NCBI RefSeq assembly: GCF_009914755.1
Contig: NC_060927.1
DNA: 64,000 bases
Reading direction: 5' to 3' (one strand)
Source of the DNA: the human T2T-CHM13v2.0 reference genome, Homo sapiens
Positions 28,789 to 42,079 of this stretch are shown piece after piece. Under the pieces are notes generated by a model. It saw only the letters and a list, made by a program, of their open reading frames with translations. It had not been told where the DNA came from and searched no databases. How positions within the stretch are numbered: position 1 is the first letter of the stretch; every line of letters starts with the position of its first letter. Position numbers and translations under genes: made by a program.

Positions 28789-30695
28789 GGGAAAAATAAC
28801 CCAATTGAAAAGGTAGTCAAAAAATTTAAATTAAAAAATTTTTTCAGACATTTCTCTGAAAAAGAAGATACACAAATATCTAATAAACACATGAAAAGAT
28901 GCTCAACATTATTAGCTGTTGGGGAAATATGAATCAAAACCTCAATGTGATACTACTTCATACCCATTACGATAGCTATAATGAAAAAAAAAAAACAGAT
29001 AATAACAAGTATTAGTGAGAAAGTGGACAAATTGGAATCCTCATTCATTGATAGCAGGAATGTAAAATGTTATACTTGTTTTGGAAGACAATTTGGCATT
29101 CCCTCAAAAAGTTAAACTTAGAATTATCATATGACCCAGCAATTCCACTCCTGGGTATACACTCAAGAGAACTAAAAATATATGTACACACAGAAATGTT
29201 CATAGCAGCGTTGTTTAGAGTAGCCAAAAAGTGGAAACAACTTAAATGTCCATCAATTGATACATGGCTAGACAAAATGTGATACATACATACAACTGAA
29301 TATTATTCAGCCACGAGAAGGAATGAAGTACTTACATATACTACTATATGGATTAACATTGGAAACACGCTAAACGAAAGAAACCAGACTTGAAAGGTCA
29401 CATATGATTTCACTTATATGAAATGTCCAGAACATGTAAATCCACAGAGACAGAAATAGATTAGAAGTTGCCAGGGGCTAGGGAAAGGGGGAAATGAGGA
29501 GTGACTGCTAATGGATAAAGAGTTTCTCTTTAGTTGATGAAAATGGTCTGGAATCAGCAGTGATGGTTGCACAGCTTTGTGAATATACTAAAATCCACTG
29601 AATTATTTACTTTAAAAGGGTCCTTAATGCTATGCAAATTATATCTCAATAAACAAATTTCAAAGTGTGTGCTTCAATCATATTCTAATTGCCATTAGAC
29701 AACACAAAGCTGTATTCTGAGCACCAATTTTCAGATGTGGAAACTGAGGCATGAAGGTCAAAAGGTGTTCTAGAACCACAGAGTTGGACCTGAATTTAGT
29801 TTTCCAGCTATCTTTCTAGAAGGTCTCTCCAGAACATCACCATTAGTGTTAGAATTCAAATTAGTTGAGCCTGATCAGCTTCCTCCTAGAAAGTGAGTCC
29901 CTCGTAGGTAGTTTGTAAGAAAGAAATGCCCATGTAACAGTAGGCTGTCTGGCTGAAAAAGGGGAGTGTTACTTACCTCCCACACTGCTATTTACAGAGA
30001 AAGATAGATGCAAAAAACTCCTTTGCACAGGAGGAAACCTCTGTCTAGGACTTTTACCCAAATTATTCCCATAAAAGTGGTCAGATTTAGAACATTCTTT
30101 TTTCTGCTCCCAACTTATAAAGCTAAACCAGGTTTTCTATTCTGTCAGCTTACACGGTAGGGTGTGCTTCTAGTAGGGGAAGAAGGCCAGGCAGAGGTTT
30201 TGCGTTCTATCCTGCTTTCTTACATAGGGTACTTCTTAGAGCATGGGGCAGAGACATCCAAATGAAGTATCCATCTGCCTCCTGAATTTTTTTTTCACTC
30301 AGAACTTTTATAAACTGTAGAAAAATCAAATAATGCTACCTATTTTCTCTTTTCTAATCATTTTGCAGCAGTGAATCTTGGAAAATGAAACAATTTTAAG
30401 ATATAAGTGGCACTCCATTACTGATTATTCCATGAGATTAGGGTTAATATCTAAAGATGCACAATGCAATTTTGTTTTGTTTTGTTTTTAGGGTTCTGAA
30501 CTTACTTAGGGCCAGTTATATGTCACTTGGGGATCTTCATGGATACAGAAACTGCCTTCCCAACAGGAAGCTATGAGACCTCCACGCTCAGTAAAGCAGG
30601 CCGCAACCCCAGACATTCTAGAAACCAGGGATGGGTGGGGCTTCTCTCCCAAAAGGGTTAATGCAAGAAAATGAAGTTGCCTATGGCTTTCTTCA

Positions 30696-31010
<315 letters not shown>

Positions 31011-32792
31011 TCACACTAGCCCCCATCTCCCAGTGCTGTGCATAAATGATAAAGGACAACCACCATTAGCTGGCTACTGAGTGCTTATGTTCAAAGCAGT
31101 CACTATGCTTCCTGCTTTACACAGGCAGCAGGGCAGGTTTTTCTTGTCCTCCCTGAACTCTCCTTTCCTAAGGCTTACAAATAATGTAGAGAGAAAGTCA
31201 TTGGGAGAATGAGGAATCATAAAGGTGGGAAAGAAAGAAAAGCTCTTTTAGCACAATAACGTACAGGGGCTCTGCAGGCAGGAGGCAAACTGGCACAGAG
31301 GAAAGCCTCATTATCTTTTAGATACTTTAAACTCCATGCAGAGACACAGCCAGGTTTAACACCACCAGGAGTGGCTGGGGAGGGAGGTGGGTGGGAGGAC
31401 GGGGCTTGGAGGAGGTGGGACCTATACTTTTATATGGGAGGGAGGGTGGATACATAACAGCACGCTCACCTTTAACTACCTTCTCTGTGTGCCTTTCAGG
31501 CATGCTTTTAGTCTGCTTCCTCTAACATCTTTCTACATAGTCTTGATTGACACGGCACCACTTCTAAGGCCAAACTATGGAAAGGGTTTCTTCCTATCCC
31601 TTCCCTACCTTCTCACTCATTTTCTCAAGTTCCCTCTTGATCCTAAAAGAAACAAGGCAGAATCACTGGCCACCTATGCTTACAGTTGGGGTTGGGACAA
31701 AAAGAATATGGTTTGAGGGACTCTGAGGGAAGAATAAAATGTGGAAAGTAGGTCTAGGGAGATGCTTCTGCTGACCATGGCATGGGCCTTGAGGTTCACA
31801 GGTTGAGTATAGTTCTAGGGTCATACAAGAGTGGCTGAGCTCAGGGGACAATGTCTAAAGAGCAGAGAAGCTACCACCAAATCTTTCCCATGCTATGCGT
31901 TGAAATGTATCTTAGAAAATGAAGTAAAGACCTCACAAACAGTCTCTGGGAACTCATCCACGTGTGTGACTGGACAAAAGAAAGGCATCATGTTATCCTT
32001 ACCTTCCGTGATAATGTTAGCAGAGCTAAAGCATGCAGACATAATCCTATATAACCCTCACATGAGTCATCATTCATCCATTCTATAGATGACAAAACCA
32101 AGGAAAAGTAACACGGTCAAGGTCATCTGGAAGAAACATGAGTCAAACTTATGAAAGCTCTTTCTGCCTTCACACTCTTGGCACTATTCTACACAATTCT
32201 TGGCACCTGCCCACAAAATGCCCAACCTTCCTTCTCCCTTAGGCAAACTCAGCTTGCCTGGTTCCAGGAGACTGATCTGAGAGGAGCAAGGATTTCACCT
32301 TGCCTGGATGGAGCACAGTGAATCTCAGATCACAACCACTGACCACCTGTACCTTAAGGGTGGGTCCCAGATATACTTCATAAGAATAAAGATCCCACTG
32401 CCAAATCTCTGGTCAATTAGCTACCCCATCCCATATAACTGAACCTTCTCACTCTACCCCTCTGAAATCTCAAAAAAGGGCCTCAAATGACATCTGCTTC
32501 CCTTGGGCAGCATCCCACCTCCTCTTCTTTGATCCAGTTAACATATCTTCAGCTCTCAAGGGGTCTACGCAGAGCTTAAGGAGTTAGATAGGAATGTTCA
32601 AAAAGCTGTAGGACTTAGAGAAGTACCAAGAATGACGATCAGCACTGGAAAGCCTGTGGCAGCTGAGAGGTGGGGCAAGGTGTGTTCCCACCCTGCAGTC
32701 TCTAAAACTCTTCTTCACCACACCCTGAGCACTCAACAGGAGCAGAGGAGACAGGAAATCCAGAATCTTGAACGCAGTGAGGTCCCAGGGAG

Positions 32793-32865
32793 AATGCCTC
32801 TTCACTCCCCTGAACCCACTCTCACCTGTTCACAAATAGCTCCTGTCAACATGACTCGGAAGGGC
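32793..32865 (-). repeat. Direct ungapped duplicate of the exon 4 3' end plus donor and proximal intron (33525-33597)
   Basis: 64/73 identical by manual alignment, offset 732 nt, retaining CAG|GTGAGA donor. Confidence 0.9.
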
Positions 32866-32989
32866 TTCATGCACTTCAATAAGGAACTCTCAATTCTCAG
32901 GAGAAGATCATTTACCTCCCCTTTAAATGGCTCTCGTTCTGGGATGATCCTGGGAGGGAGGCTGACCCATGGCCCAAGCCAACTCCATT

Positions 32990-33505
32990 TTCTAAAGGTC
33001 TCTTTTTAAAACATAAATCCATCATGCCATTGCTCTGCTCAATTCTTCCAATGGCTCACCCAGAACTCTGACTTTATCTGAATTATCTCCCTTCACTCCC
33101 TCTGCCCCAGCCCATTGGCCAACTCACTGTTGAACATAATAGACACCCTCCTGTCTCAGGGCCTCTAAGCCGGTCATTCCTTCTGCCTTAGCATTCCCTC
33201 TGCCCTAAAATCTGCAAGACTCTCTCCCTCTTGCACATCTGTGCACATCTTTGCTCAGATCTTCTAAGTGGGGTCTTCCCCATCAACCTTCCTTAAAACT
33301 GCAGCCTCCCCACACTTCCAGTACATTCAAGTCTCCTTCCTTGCTGTATCTTTTTCTATTTTGTTGATTACATATATTGTCTGACTTCCTCCCCTAGAAT
33401 CCAACTCCTTAGAAGGGCAAGATGAAACTTTCCCGTCTTTTGTTCACTACTGTATCTCAGGCACATAGTAGGCACTCAGTAAAACAATTGTTGGATGAAT
33501 GAATG
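32990..33505 (+). mobile_element. L2 3' fragment between exon 4 and its partial duplicate
   Basis: tttttaaaacataaatccatcatgccattgctctgctcaa...gcacatagtaggcactcagtaaa...gaatgaatg. Confidence 0.65.
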
Positions 33506-33536
33506 GGTGAAAAGATGCCAGAACAATGCCTCTTCA

Positions 33537-33740
<204 letters not shown>

Positions 33741-36614
33741 TTAAGATTTCTGAAGCCCATGACTCTGAGTTTTCTCGTTAAATACACTCTCATTTGGTTT
33801 TATAGCCCTCGCCTGAACTTTAACCACAACAGCCTTGGAGAGATTTAAGGTGAGTCTCTACTAAGGTGAGTCTCTACTAAGATTGCGGACAGCCAAAAGA
33901 GCTTACCAAAGGCTCTGAATTCTGGATCCCAAGCCTTGGGCAGGCTAAAGGTGCCTGCTCCTTATCCTGACTGCCTCACTCTGCTCACCATGTTAAGATC
34001 AAATCATCTGGGGTGGCTCAGCTGCCAGGAAAGAGCTGAGAAGTTCTCCTTCTTCCAAACTGCAGGAACCTGATACTTTCATCTCCATGTGCCCATGCAA
34101 GTGATCCTTGACACCAAGAATGACTCTAAGTCAGTGAGCCAGAGCAGGTGTCCACGTGCTCACAGCTTCTGTTCTCCCGTCTCATTTTGGAAAAACAGGG
34201 AAACAAAGGTGTGAGCCTGAGGAGTTGGACCAGGCATCTGTGATGCTGCACAAAAGTCTCTGCATGTTTATCTTTGTAGAGAGAGGAACAAGCTGCCTGC
34301 TAGACTTCAGTTGAGTCGACTTGCAAGAGACATTTTCCTTCTTGTTAAATATAGAAACTCAGAGAATTAAAGGAGGAACATTAAAGATAATTTGAATCCA
34401 GTATCTCCCCTTACTTATGCACACCTTGGGAATTGTGCTATATTCTTGCACTGTTATTTACTCAATGCTGTTTTTAATACTGACTCAGTTTTTTGGAAAC
34501 TTGGATGCATTTATTTCAAAAGAAAGTATAACTATAAATGGAAAACCAATATCACCCGTAAAAACAAAAACAAAAACAAACAAACAAACAAACAAAAAAA
34601 CCAGAAGAAACCTAAATAGACTGGGAACAGAACCATGTTGTTAGATTCTAGCTGGTCACTTTGCTTGCAGGAAATCCTAAAACAGAGATCCCTGACGCTC
34701 CTACTTAAAAGTGGAGGCCAGTGTGAGTTAGAGAGATGAGACACCTGCTAGCACTAAATTGAAATTTCCTCCTTGATTATTCAACTACTCTATCACAAGG
34801 AATACAATACAACTTAAAATATAGTAACTCTCTCAATATGTGGTTTCGTTTCATTTACTGCCATGTCCACATAACACTCAGAGTCATGTATATACCACAC
34901 TTTGGGAAACACGGTCCTAATCCCGTCTCCTGTTATACTTTGGAGTAATCTGGACATCAGAAAGGTTAAGTGAATTGCTTGGATGATTTGTTACACAGAT
35001 GGTTAGAGGGAAACCTTGGAACTAGGACTGTCACATCCTAATTTGAAAACCAGGACAGCTGTGGATATCAAAATTGTCTTATCTATGCAAAAAAGAAAAT
35101 GGTCAAATATTTACTTTAGAATCACAATCACCCTTTGTCTTCAAAAGAGCCATTTCAAATAGGCTAAATCTGCCCACTGGGTCACACACACACAATTCCT
35201 ACCAATGGGACATTGTAATCTGAATGGTGTCTCTTTTCATAAAAGCACAGTTAACCATAAACACAACAAACCACTAAAATCAGAGAAGAGCCAATCCCTT
35301 CTCTCTGTCAAATAAAAAGAGTTAAAAAAAAAAAAAAAAAAAAGTCTCCATGTAAACGTCCCAGAGAGAACTGCAGTGACCTGAACAGCCCAGAATATAT
35401 GGTTACACCACTGACATTTTAGGGACATGCTTTCAAAGGAAGGCACACCCTTCCTGCTTGTAAAAACCCGCATTTTCACTTCCAAATTAGTTAACCAGGC
35501 ATCAGGTTACAATGCTTGCTCTCAACTTTAAAGGAGAAAGCATTATTTATATTTGCTTTATGATGTCTGAAATAAGCAGCAGTAAAGAGGATCATAGCTC
35601 TCTTTTTAGGGAACTGCTTCAGTTTTAAAGTTTTTGTCCTGCTTACTCAAATTTATTTTTGAGGCTCTCAAATGATCCCCTTTCATTCTAATGTGGGAAA
35701 ATAAGACTGAAAAGCACTCATTTCCCCTGGGACGGAGCTGCTGGGATTCAGCTCGTGGGTTGGAGAGTTGGTAGAAAGCTGGTGCCCAGCTCTCTAAGGG
35801 GGTTATTTCTCCTATCAATTAAAAATTACATTTTTGTTTTAAATGCAGTCAGAGTCAAGTAGACAGTTCAGTTCCATAGGATTACTATTTTGAAAAACCA
35901 GTTACCTAAAAATGAATTTCTAGCATGTAAACTGACTTCCCTTCCAGCATAATGATCTTTGAAAACCATGTTTACAAATTTCTCTTTATGAGCAATCAGA
36001 TTTCGAGGATAAGAGATGCCCGCTTACAGTGCCATGTTTCTGGGTTCAGAAAAAAGGACAGTCTGCTAGTCCACACTTTCAAGAGTACAAAGAACAACCT
36101 CAGCAAGTCAGACTTCACCATGACAAAAACACAGACGTTCGAAGCTACAAATCTGGACATGTAATTCTCCTGCAGTGTAGTGTGGAAAACTTGCACGCTC
36201 ATTTAATATGAAATGATGCCGAAAATTCAGGAGAGTCACAAAGCTTTTGTAGGACTTGAAGTGGTCCAGGGGATCTCAGTCATCTCTCCAAAATACACAG
36301 GAAACCCACATGGCATATTCTTCAAGTAAGAAAACTTGGAATCATAGCTTTTGAATTTTAGTGCTCCCTGGCTACCCCCAAATAGCTAGTAGTGCCAGGC
36401 ATAGAGGCCAATCCAGTTTATAATGAGATTCTGCTTTTTTAGTAATACTCTCTAGAAGTAAATTGTTGGCCAGTTTATTTTGGCCCTAATTAAGGAAGCT
36501 AAAACCTAAAATAAATTGCCAGAGTTCTTCTTCGGCTACCTCATTGGTGGCAGATTATGAAAAAGGTAACAATTCATAGAAGGCACTAAGAAAATTCTGC
36601 ATAAGCCCCCTCTA

Positions 36615-36788
<174 letters not shown>

Positions 36789-37695
36789 CTATTCCCACTT
36801 ACTGGGAAGATGATTCCCCCAGCAGGATGTAACTGACTTCTGCAGTCCTGACTCTTTATGAAAGTCAACAGCAGATGAGTTTCCTATGGTAAGCAGAGAA
36901 ATTCATCCTTAAAGCAAGAGTCAGGCAAATCATCCATATCTGGGATTTTTCCCTCTCTCTGTGAGGGAAAAATAAAGCTAGTAAATTTTCCTAGAAACAG
37001 AGAATTCAGCAGACATGCTGGTGAACCAGAGGGTAGGGCTTTCTCGGCAGACTCCCCGGAGAGCTGGCTTTACCATTTTCTCTGTTAGTCTCCAGCATGT
37101 GACGTGCCTCCCTAGCCAAAGGGATATGTCAGCACCTGCCTCGGCAATGGAGTTAAAGCCAGTCTTTGGCACTCGGCAAACCCCTAGGTACCTCAGCCTC
37201 CACCTACATTTAAAGCCCTCCAGGTTTCGAGACTTTTGTAAGGCAGGCAGCAGCTGACATCCATCAGAAATAGACTCACTAAATCTGGGATGCAGAGCAT
37301 GTAATTAAAAATTGTCACTAACATGAGGATTTTTGCACATCCCACAACATTCCTGTTTACGACTGTTAGGACATATTCTTGTACTTTATGAGGCTCATTC
37401 AACCCTAACAACTGGGGAAAGCACCAAGCAGCTAATTTTGCCTGAGAAAAGAAAACAGACATTCCACCATTCAGCCACATGCAAAACTAGAGAGAAAAAA
37501 CTGGCTAATACAGAAGGTATGTTATTATATAGGAGAGGCAAAAAAAAAAAAAAAATCCCACAAGCCCAGATGACATCATGGAAAATACTCTCAAGTATCT
37601 CTTATTTAACGACATGAGCACCTCTTGCGAAACAAGGCATTCATTCAACAAATGGAGAAGATGGAAGACTGAGGGCTCTGAAAGTCATCATATTT

Positions 37696-37972
37696 GGCCA
37701 GGCATGGTGGCTCACACCTGAAATCCCAGCACCTTGGGGGGCTGAGGCGGGCGGGAGAACCACCTGAGGGCGGCAGTTTGAGACCAGCCTGGCCAACACG
37801 GTGAAACCCCGCCTCTACTAAAAGTACAAAAATTAGCCTGGCCTGGTGGTGCATGCCTGTAATCCCAGCTACTCAGGAGGCTAAGGCAGGAGAATTGCTT
37901 GAACACACCACAGCCTGGGCAACAGAGCAAGACTCTTTCTCAAAAAACATCAACAAAAATAAAAAAAATAAA
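37696..37972 (+). mobile_element. Alu with internal deletion in the right arm
   Basis: gcttgaacacaccacagcctgggcaacagagc joins across missing sequence. Confidence 0.85.
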
Positions 37973-39143
37973 ATTTGTTACATTCTACAAACTTGGTCTA
38001 AACTTGGTCTAATTCCTTTGCATTTAGGGAGCCGTGGGTATGAACACATGTTTTGGGAATGCTGGGGTGAAGAGGTGCGAAAGCTCTGTCTACTTTGATC
38101 TCCAGAAACTAAGTCATAAATGTTAGAAGAGGGGTTGAAAAGGCTTTGTAATGACAAGGCCTTAAAAAATGTGAAAGCTATCTTTATTTTCATAACTAAT
38201 GATGGTAACCATTAACCATCATGTGCCTATCATCCTTTTAATCAAATCCCAGAGGCAACTATAAAGAGAATTCTTGTCCTAGACTAGCTAGATTTCCAAA
38301 GGCAGGGTCTGTATAAGCCCCTCCCTATAGGCAGCTGGCAGAGAGCTATGCCCAGGGGCAATAATGAATGATGCCGGGTTCTGAAGAGAGCCCACTGTTG
38401 ACCAGTACTCTGAGAAGAAGTAAAAGCCCAGATCACTAGTTAGTTTGGGATTAGAAGCTGGCAATTTGCCTATTAGAGACTTGCACAGCATTCCATCCTC
38501 AGAAAAGTCCCTGTGCCATATGCCTCATCAGACAAAGGCCAGGTATAAAAAAGCACGCCCAGTCTCATGTCTTGGGGAATGGGCTTCTGACTCCCAAGTC
38601 AGAAGACTGCTTGTAGAAAGGCCTTGTTCCATCATTACTTTGTCATTCTCCCAACTTCCATTGTCGTTATGGAACATTAGGGACAATTGCTAATATGAGA
38701 TGAATTACTATGGATGCTTGAAAATGCAGAGTCTAGTTGCGGTTCCATCGACCCTCCTCTTAATCACCTCTAATTACTCACATACCCCCTGTCCATTGCC
38801 TAGAGCACAGTCAGGCCTGAGAGCCCTTCTTAACTGGTACTTTGAACCAAGCCCTTTCTGATACTGTCTAAGGCTGGCCCAAGTTGGAATCTTCCCTGCA
38901 CCCTCTAGGGCATGGCCAGTAGATCTGGACCCCGAGTCAAGGCTCTGTTGTTTCCCATCTCTGGGTTCCTGAGCAAGTTATGTGGCTGTTCAAAATACTC
39001 ATCATAAGACTGTGATGATTAAATGAGAGTGTAGGCACAAGCATGTGGCTCTTAATAAAAATAAATAACACGAATACATGACAATAGTTATACTATCAAG
39101 CCTGGCCTACTCTAAATGGAACAATCCAGATGCTTCCTGGACT

Positions 39144-39413
39144 AGGTCTTGCTCTGTCACCCAGGCTGGAGTACAGTGGCGCGGTCATGGCTCACTGTAG
39201 CCTTGACCTCCTGGGCTTAAGCACTCTTCCCACCTCAGAGTAGCAGGAACTACCAGCGCATGCCACCATGCCTGGCTAATTTTTAAAATATTTTGGAGAG
39301 ACAGGGTCTTGCTATGTTGACCAAGTTGGTCTTGAACTCCTGGGCTCAAGCTATTCTCCTGCCTTGGCCTTCCAAAGTGCTGGGATTACGGGTGTGAGCC
39401 ACCCCATCAGGCC
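39144..39413 (-). mobile_element. AluJ-type element
   Basis: acagggtcttgctatgttg..ctcctgggctcaagc diagnostics. Confidence 0.85.
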
Positions 39414-39568
39414 CACTTTTGAATGGGCAGCAACACTGCTGGCTTGTAGAGTGAGACCAAACCCTGAAGCCACTTATATTAGTCAAAGCAAGAAAAATAC
39501 GTTGCAAGGAATACAATGGTATTAAAGCTAGTTTGACTTCAGGGGAAAAATGGCAAACTGTTATAAAG

Positions 39569-39570
<2 letters not shown>

Positions 39571-39600
<30 letters not shown>
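39571..39600. repeat. (GT)15 microsatellite
   Basis: Direct reading. Confidence 0.95.
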
Positions 39601-39603
<3 letters not shown>

Positions 39604-41855
39604 GTTTTGTTTTTGTTTTTAGAAACTTAGCCATGTATATAAAAGGGTCTCATGAGGAAATAGAATATGCCACTGGAAGGTGATTGTACCAAGTTTCTGT
39701 TCTCTCTGAGCCCAGTGTCCTCTTACCTCTGCTCTCTTCTCTTCCTGCAGATCTGCTTCTCACCTTCTCAAAGGTTAAGGTTTCCCACAGCACTTGAGTT
39801 TGCACAGCATCACTTCAAGAGTCTGTCCTAGAGTGACTCGCTTTTCTCAATTCCAAATTCCCCAGAGAAGGACCCTGATTACCCTGTCTTGGGCAGCGTC
39901 CACACCCAGAAATGAGATTAGAGACATTCAGTACTTTGAAAACTGGAGAATAAATGAATCCCAACATGACATGACTGAGTGAAGGTGCAGCCAGCAGTGA
40001 TGGAGGACTCTGGAGAAACTTAGGAGTAAATAAGTCCCTTGGTGTGCTGAGATCCATCCTAAAGACTGAATTCTGAAGTCAACAGAGGCAGTGACTACTC
40101 TTTGGGAACACAGCTCTATCTTTCCTGGACATCTTTTGTCAACTTTTATAATTCAAGCCTACTGATAACCACTCAAAATTATTCCAGTAATTCCTCAAAT
40201 ATACAATATGCTAGAATATCTTCTCACAAGGTAACTAATAATTTGATGGATGACTTAAGAACTTACCTAGGTAGCAAGATGCCCCATTTCTAAAATAAAT
40301 AAGTTAATATTAATTAACAACCTACCAAATCACTCCCATATCACATGGTAGGTGATGTGGCTTGCTCTGAGGAAGGAGAATGATTTAGTCCTTTCAGGAC
40401 TTCCAATCCTCTTCGAAGTCCATTGAAGTCCAGGAGAAAAACGCATCCCTCTAATGTTAGCTTTGTGTCGCCTCCTGGTGTTTAGATGCTGGACTTTCCA
40501 AATTTTTCACTGAGCAAAGGGGATTAACGGATGGATGGGAGGGAGGGAGAAACAGCTCTCCTGAATTCTTTGGCTGGATACAGGAATGCTGCCTGCATTT
40601 TCCTCTGGCATTCTCCACAGTGAAACTACTGTATGGCCCAAAACAAACATCAAGTGAACCAAGGGTAATGGGAAAATACTGAGTATACTTTCTGGCACTA
40701 CAAAAATTAAATTTGGCACAATCCCTGAAAATCCTGCAGATTGTTCATTTTAGTCCAAACATGTTTCACTTGTTCATTTTTTTTGGAGTAAATAAGCAAA
40801 TCCAATAGAATTTTGTCAATGATGATCATTACCAAGCTATTACCCATTATGCTGATAACTGTATTTTTCATTCTGTGTGTATTGAACATATTTATTCAAA
40901 AGCACGTCTGTTGAATGTGCTAAAGACTTTGCTCCATTTAGACATTCCCAGATAAAGGTGCCCTGTGATTCCACCCCAGGTGAAATCATACTAGGTAACT
41001 TTCCCCTAAACAAAAGCATTTTGAACACAATAAACTGGCTTATGAAAATGAAATAGCCAAAGGCCTTTAAGGTGTAACTCTGCAACAGGAAAGGTTTGGC
41101 AGCAACTTCAGTGTGTGTCAGACAGATCGCAAGCACTTTAGTCAGTGCGCATATAAAGTCTACAAAGCAAAGCCTCGCCCAGCTGGAAAGATGAGGCTTG
41201 TTGGAAGGAACTGCACGTTTGATAGCATTTCTGCCTGGGCAGAAAGATGGAGGCTGGAGAAGCAATAACTCTGCATTTGGGAGAAAAGTGTATGAAAAGT
41301 AAGCTGATTTTTTTTTTATAAAGAAGTGTGCAAAGCACTTTATTTAGAGCACTGGTTCTCAAACTATAGCTTGCATCAGAATCACCTGGAAGGCCTGTTA
41401 AAACACAGATTTCTAATTTAGTAGGCCCGGGATGGGGACATTTGCATTTCTGACTCCTCTTCAGGTCCTGCTGTTAGTCCAGGGAACACACTTTGTGAGT
41501 TTTAGAGCTTTCTACTGTTTTCCCTCAACAACCAACATTATGCAGTTGCCAGGCAAATGGTAGGATTCCCACTTTCTTCAAGAGATCTAGGAAGCCCAGA
41601 AAAGGGAAGAGAACTTGTTGGACCTCACCCAATTTTTCAGGTGTCTCCTTCCACACCTAGATATATGATTCAGCAGGGGATTCTACCAGCTCTGGCAAGA
41701 ACAAGAAATCCTAAGGGCAAAGTGCTCACATTTTTGGGTGGCAACATTTTCCTTATCAAAAGCATCCTTATTTTCTTAGAGCAGGAACCCACAAAGGAGA
41801 AGTTAGACTTTCTTGGCCGATTTCAGAATCAATTGTTCTTCACCATCTAGATGCG

Positions 41856-42079
41856 GAGGGGGCCCAATATTTTGGCTTCCCTGGGCCACACTGGAAGAAG
41901 AAGAATTGTCTTGAGCCACACATAAAATACAGTAACACTAATGATAGCTGATGAGCTTTAAAAAATTGCAAAAAAAAAATCTCATAATGTTTTAAGAAAG
42001 TTTATGCATTTCTGTTGGGCCGCATTCAAAGCCATCCTGGGCTGCATGCAGCCTGTGGACCACGGGTTGGACAAGCCTG
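41856..42079 (+). mobile_element. MER30-like hAT element
   Basis: tttggcttccctgggccacactggaagaagaagaattgtcttg...gggccgcattcaaagccatcctgggctgcatg...gggttggacaagc. Confidence 0.8.

Noticed and set aside
32826-32963. Idea that the duplicate is a full 138-nt mutually exclusive copy of exon 4
   Set aside because: Similarity stops after about 40-45 exonic nt, and there is no phase-0 AG at the position equivalent to the exon 4 acceptor.
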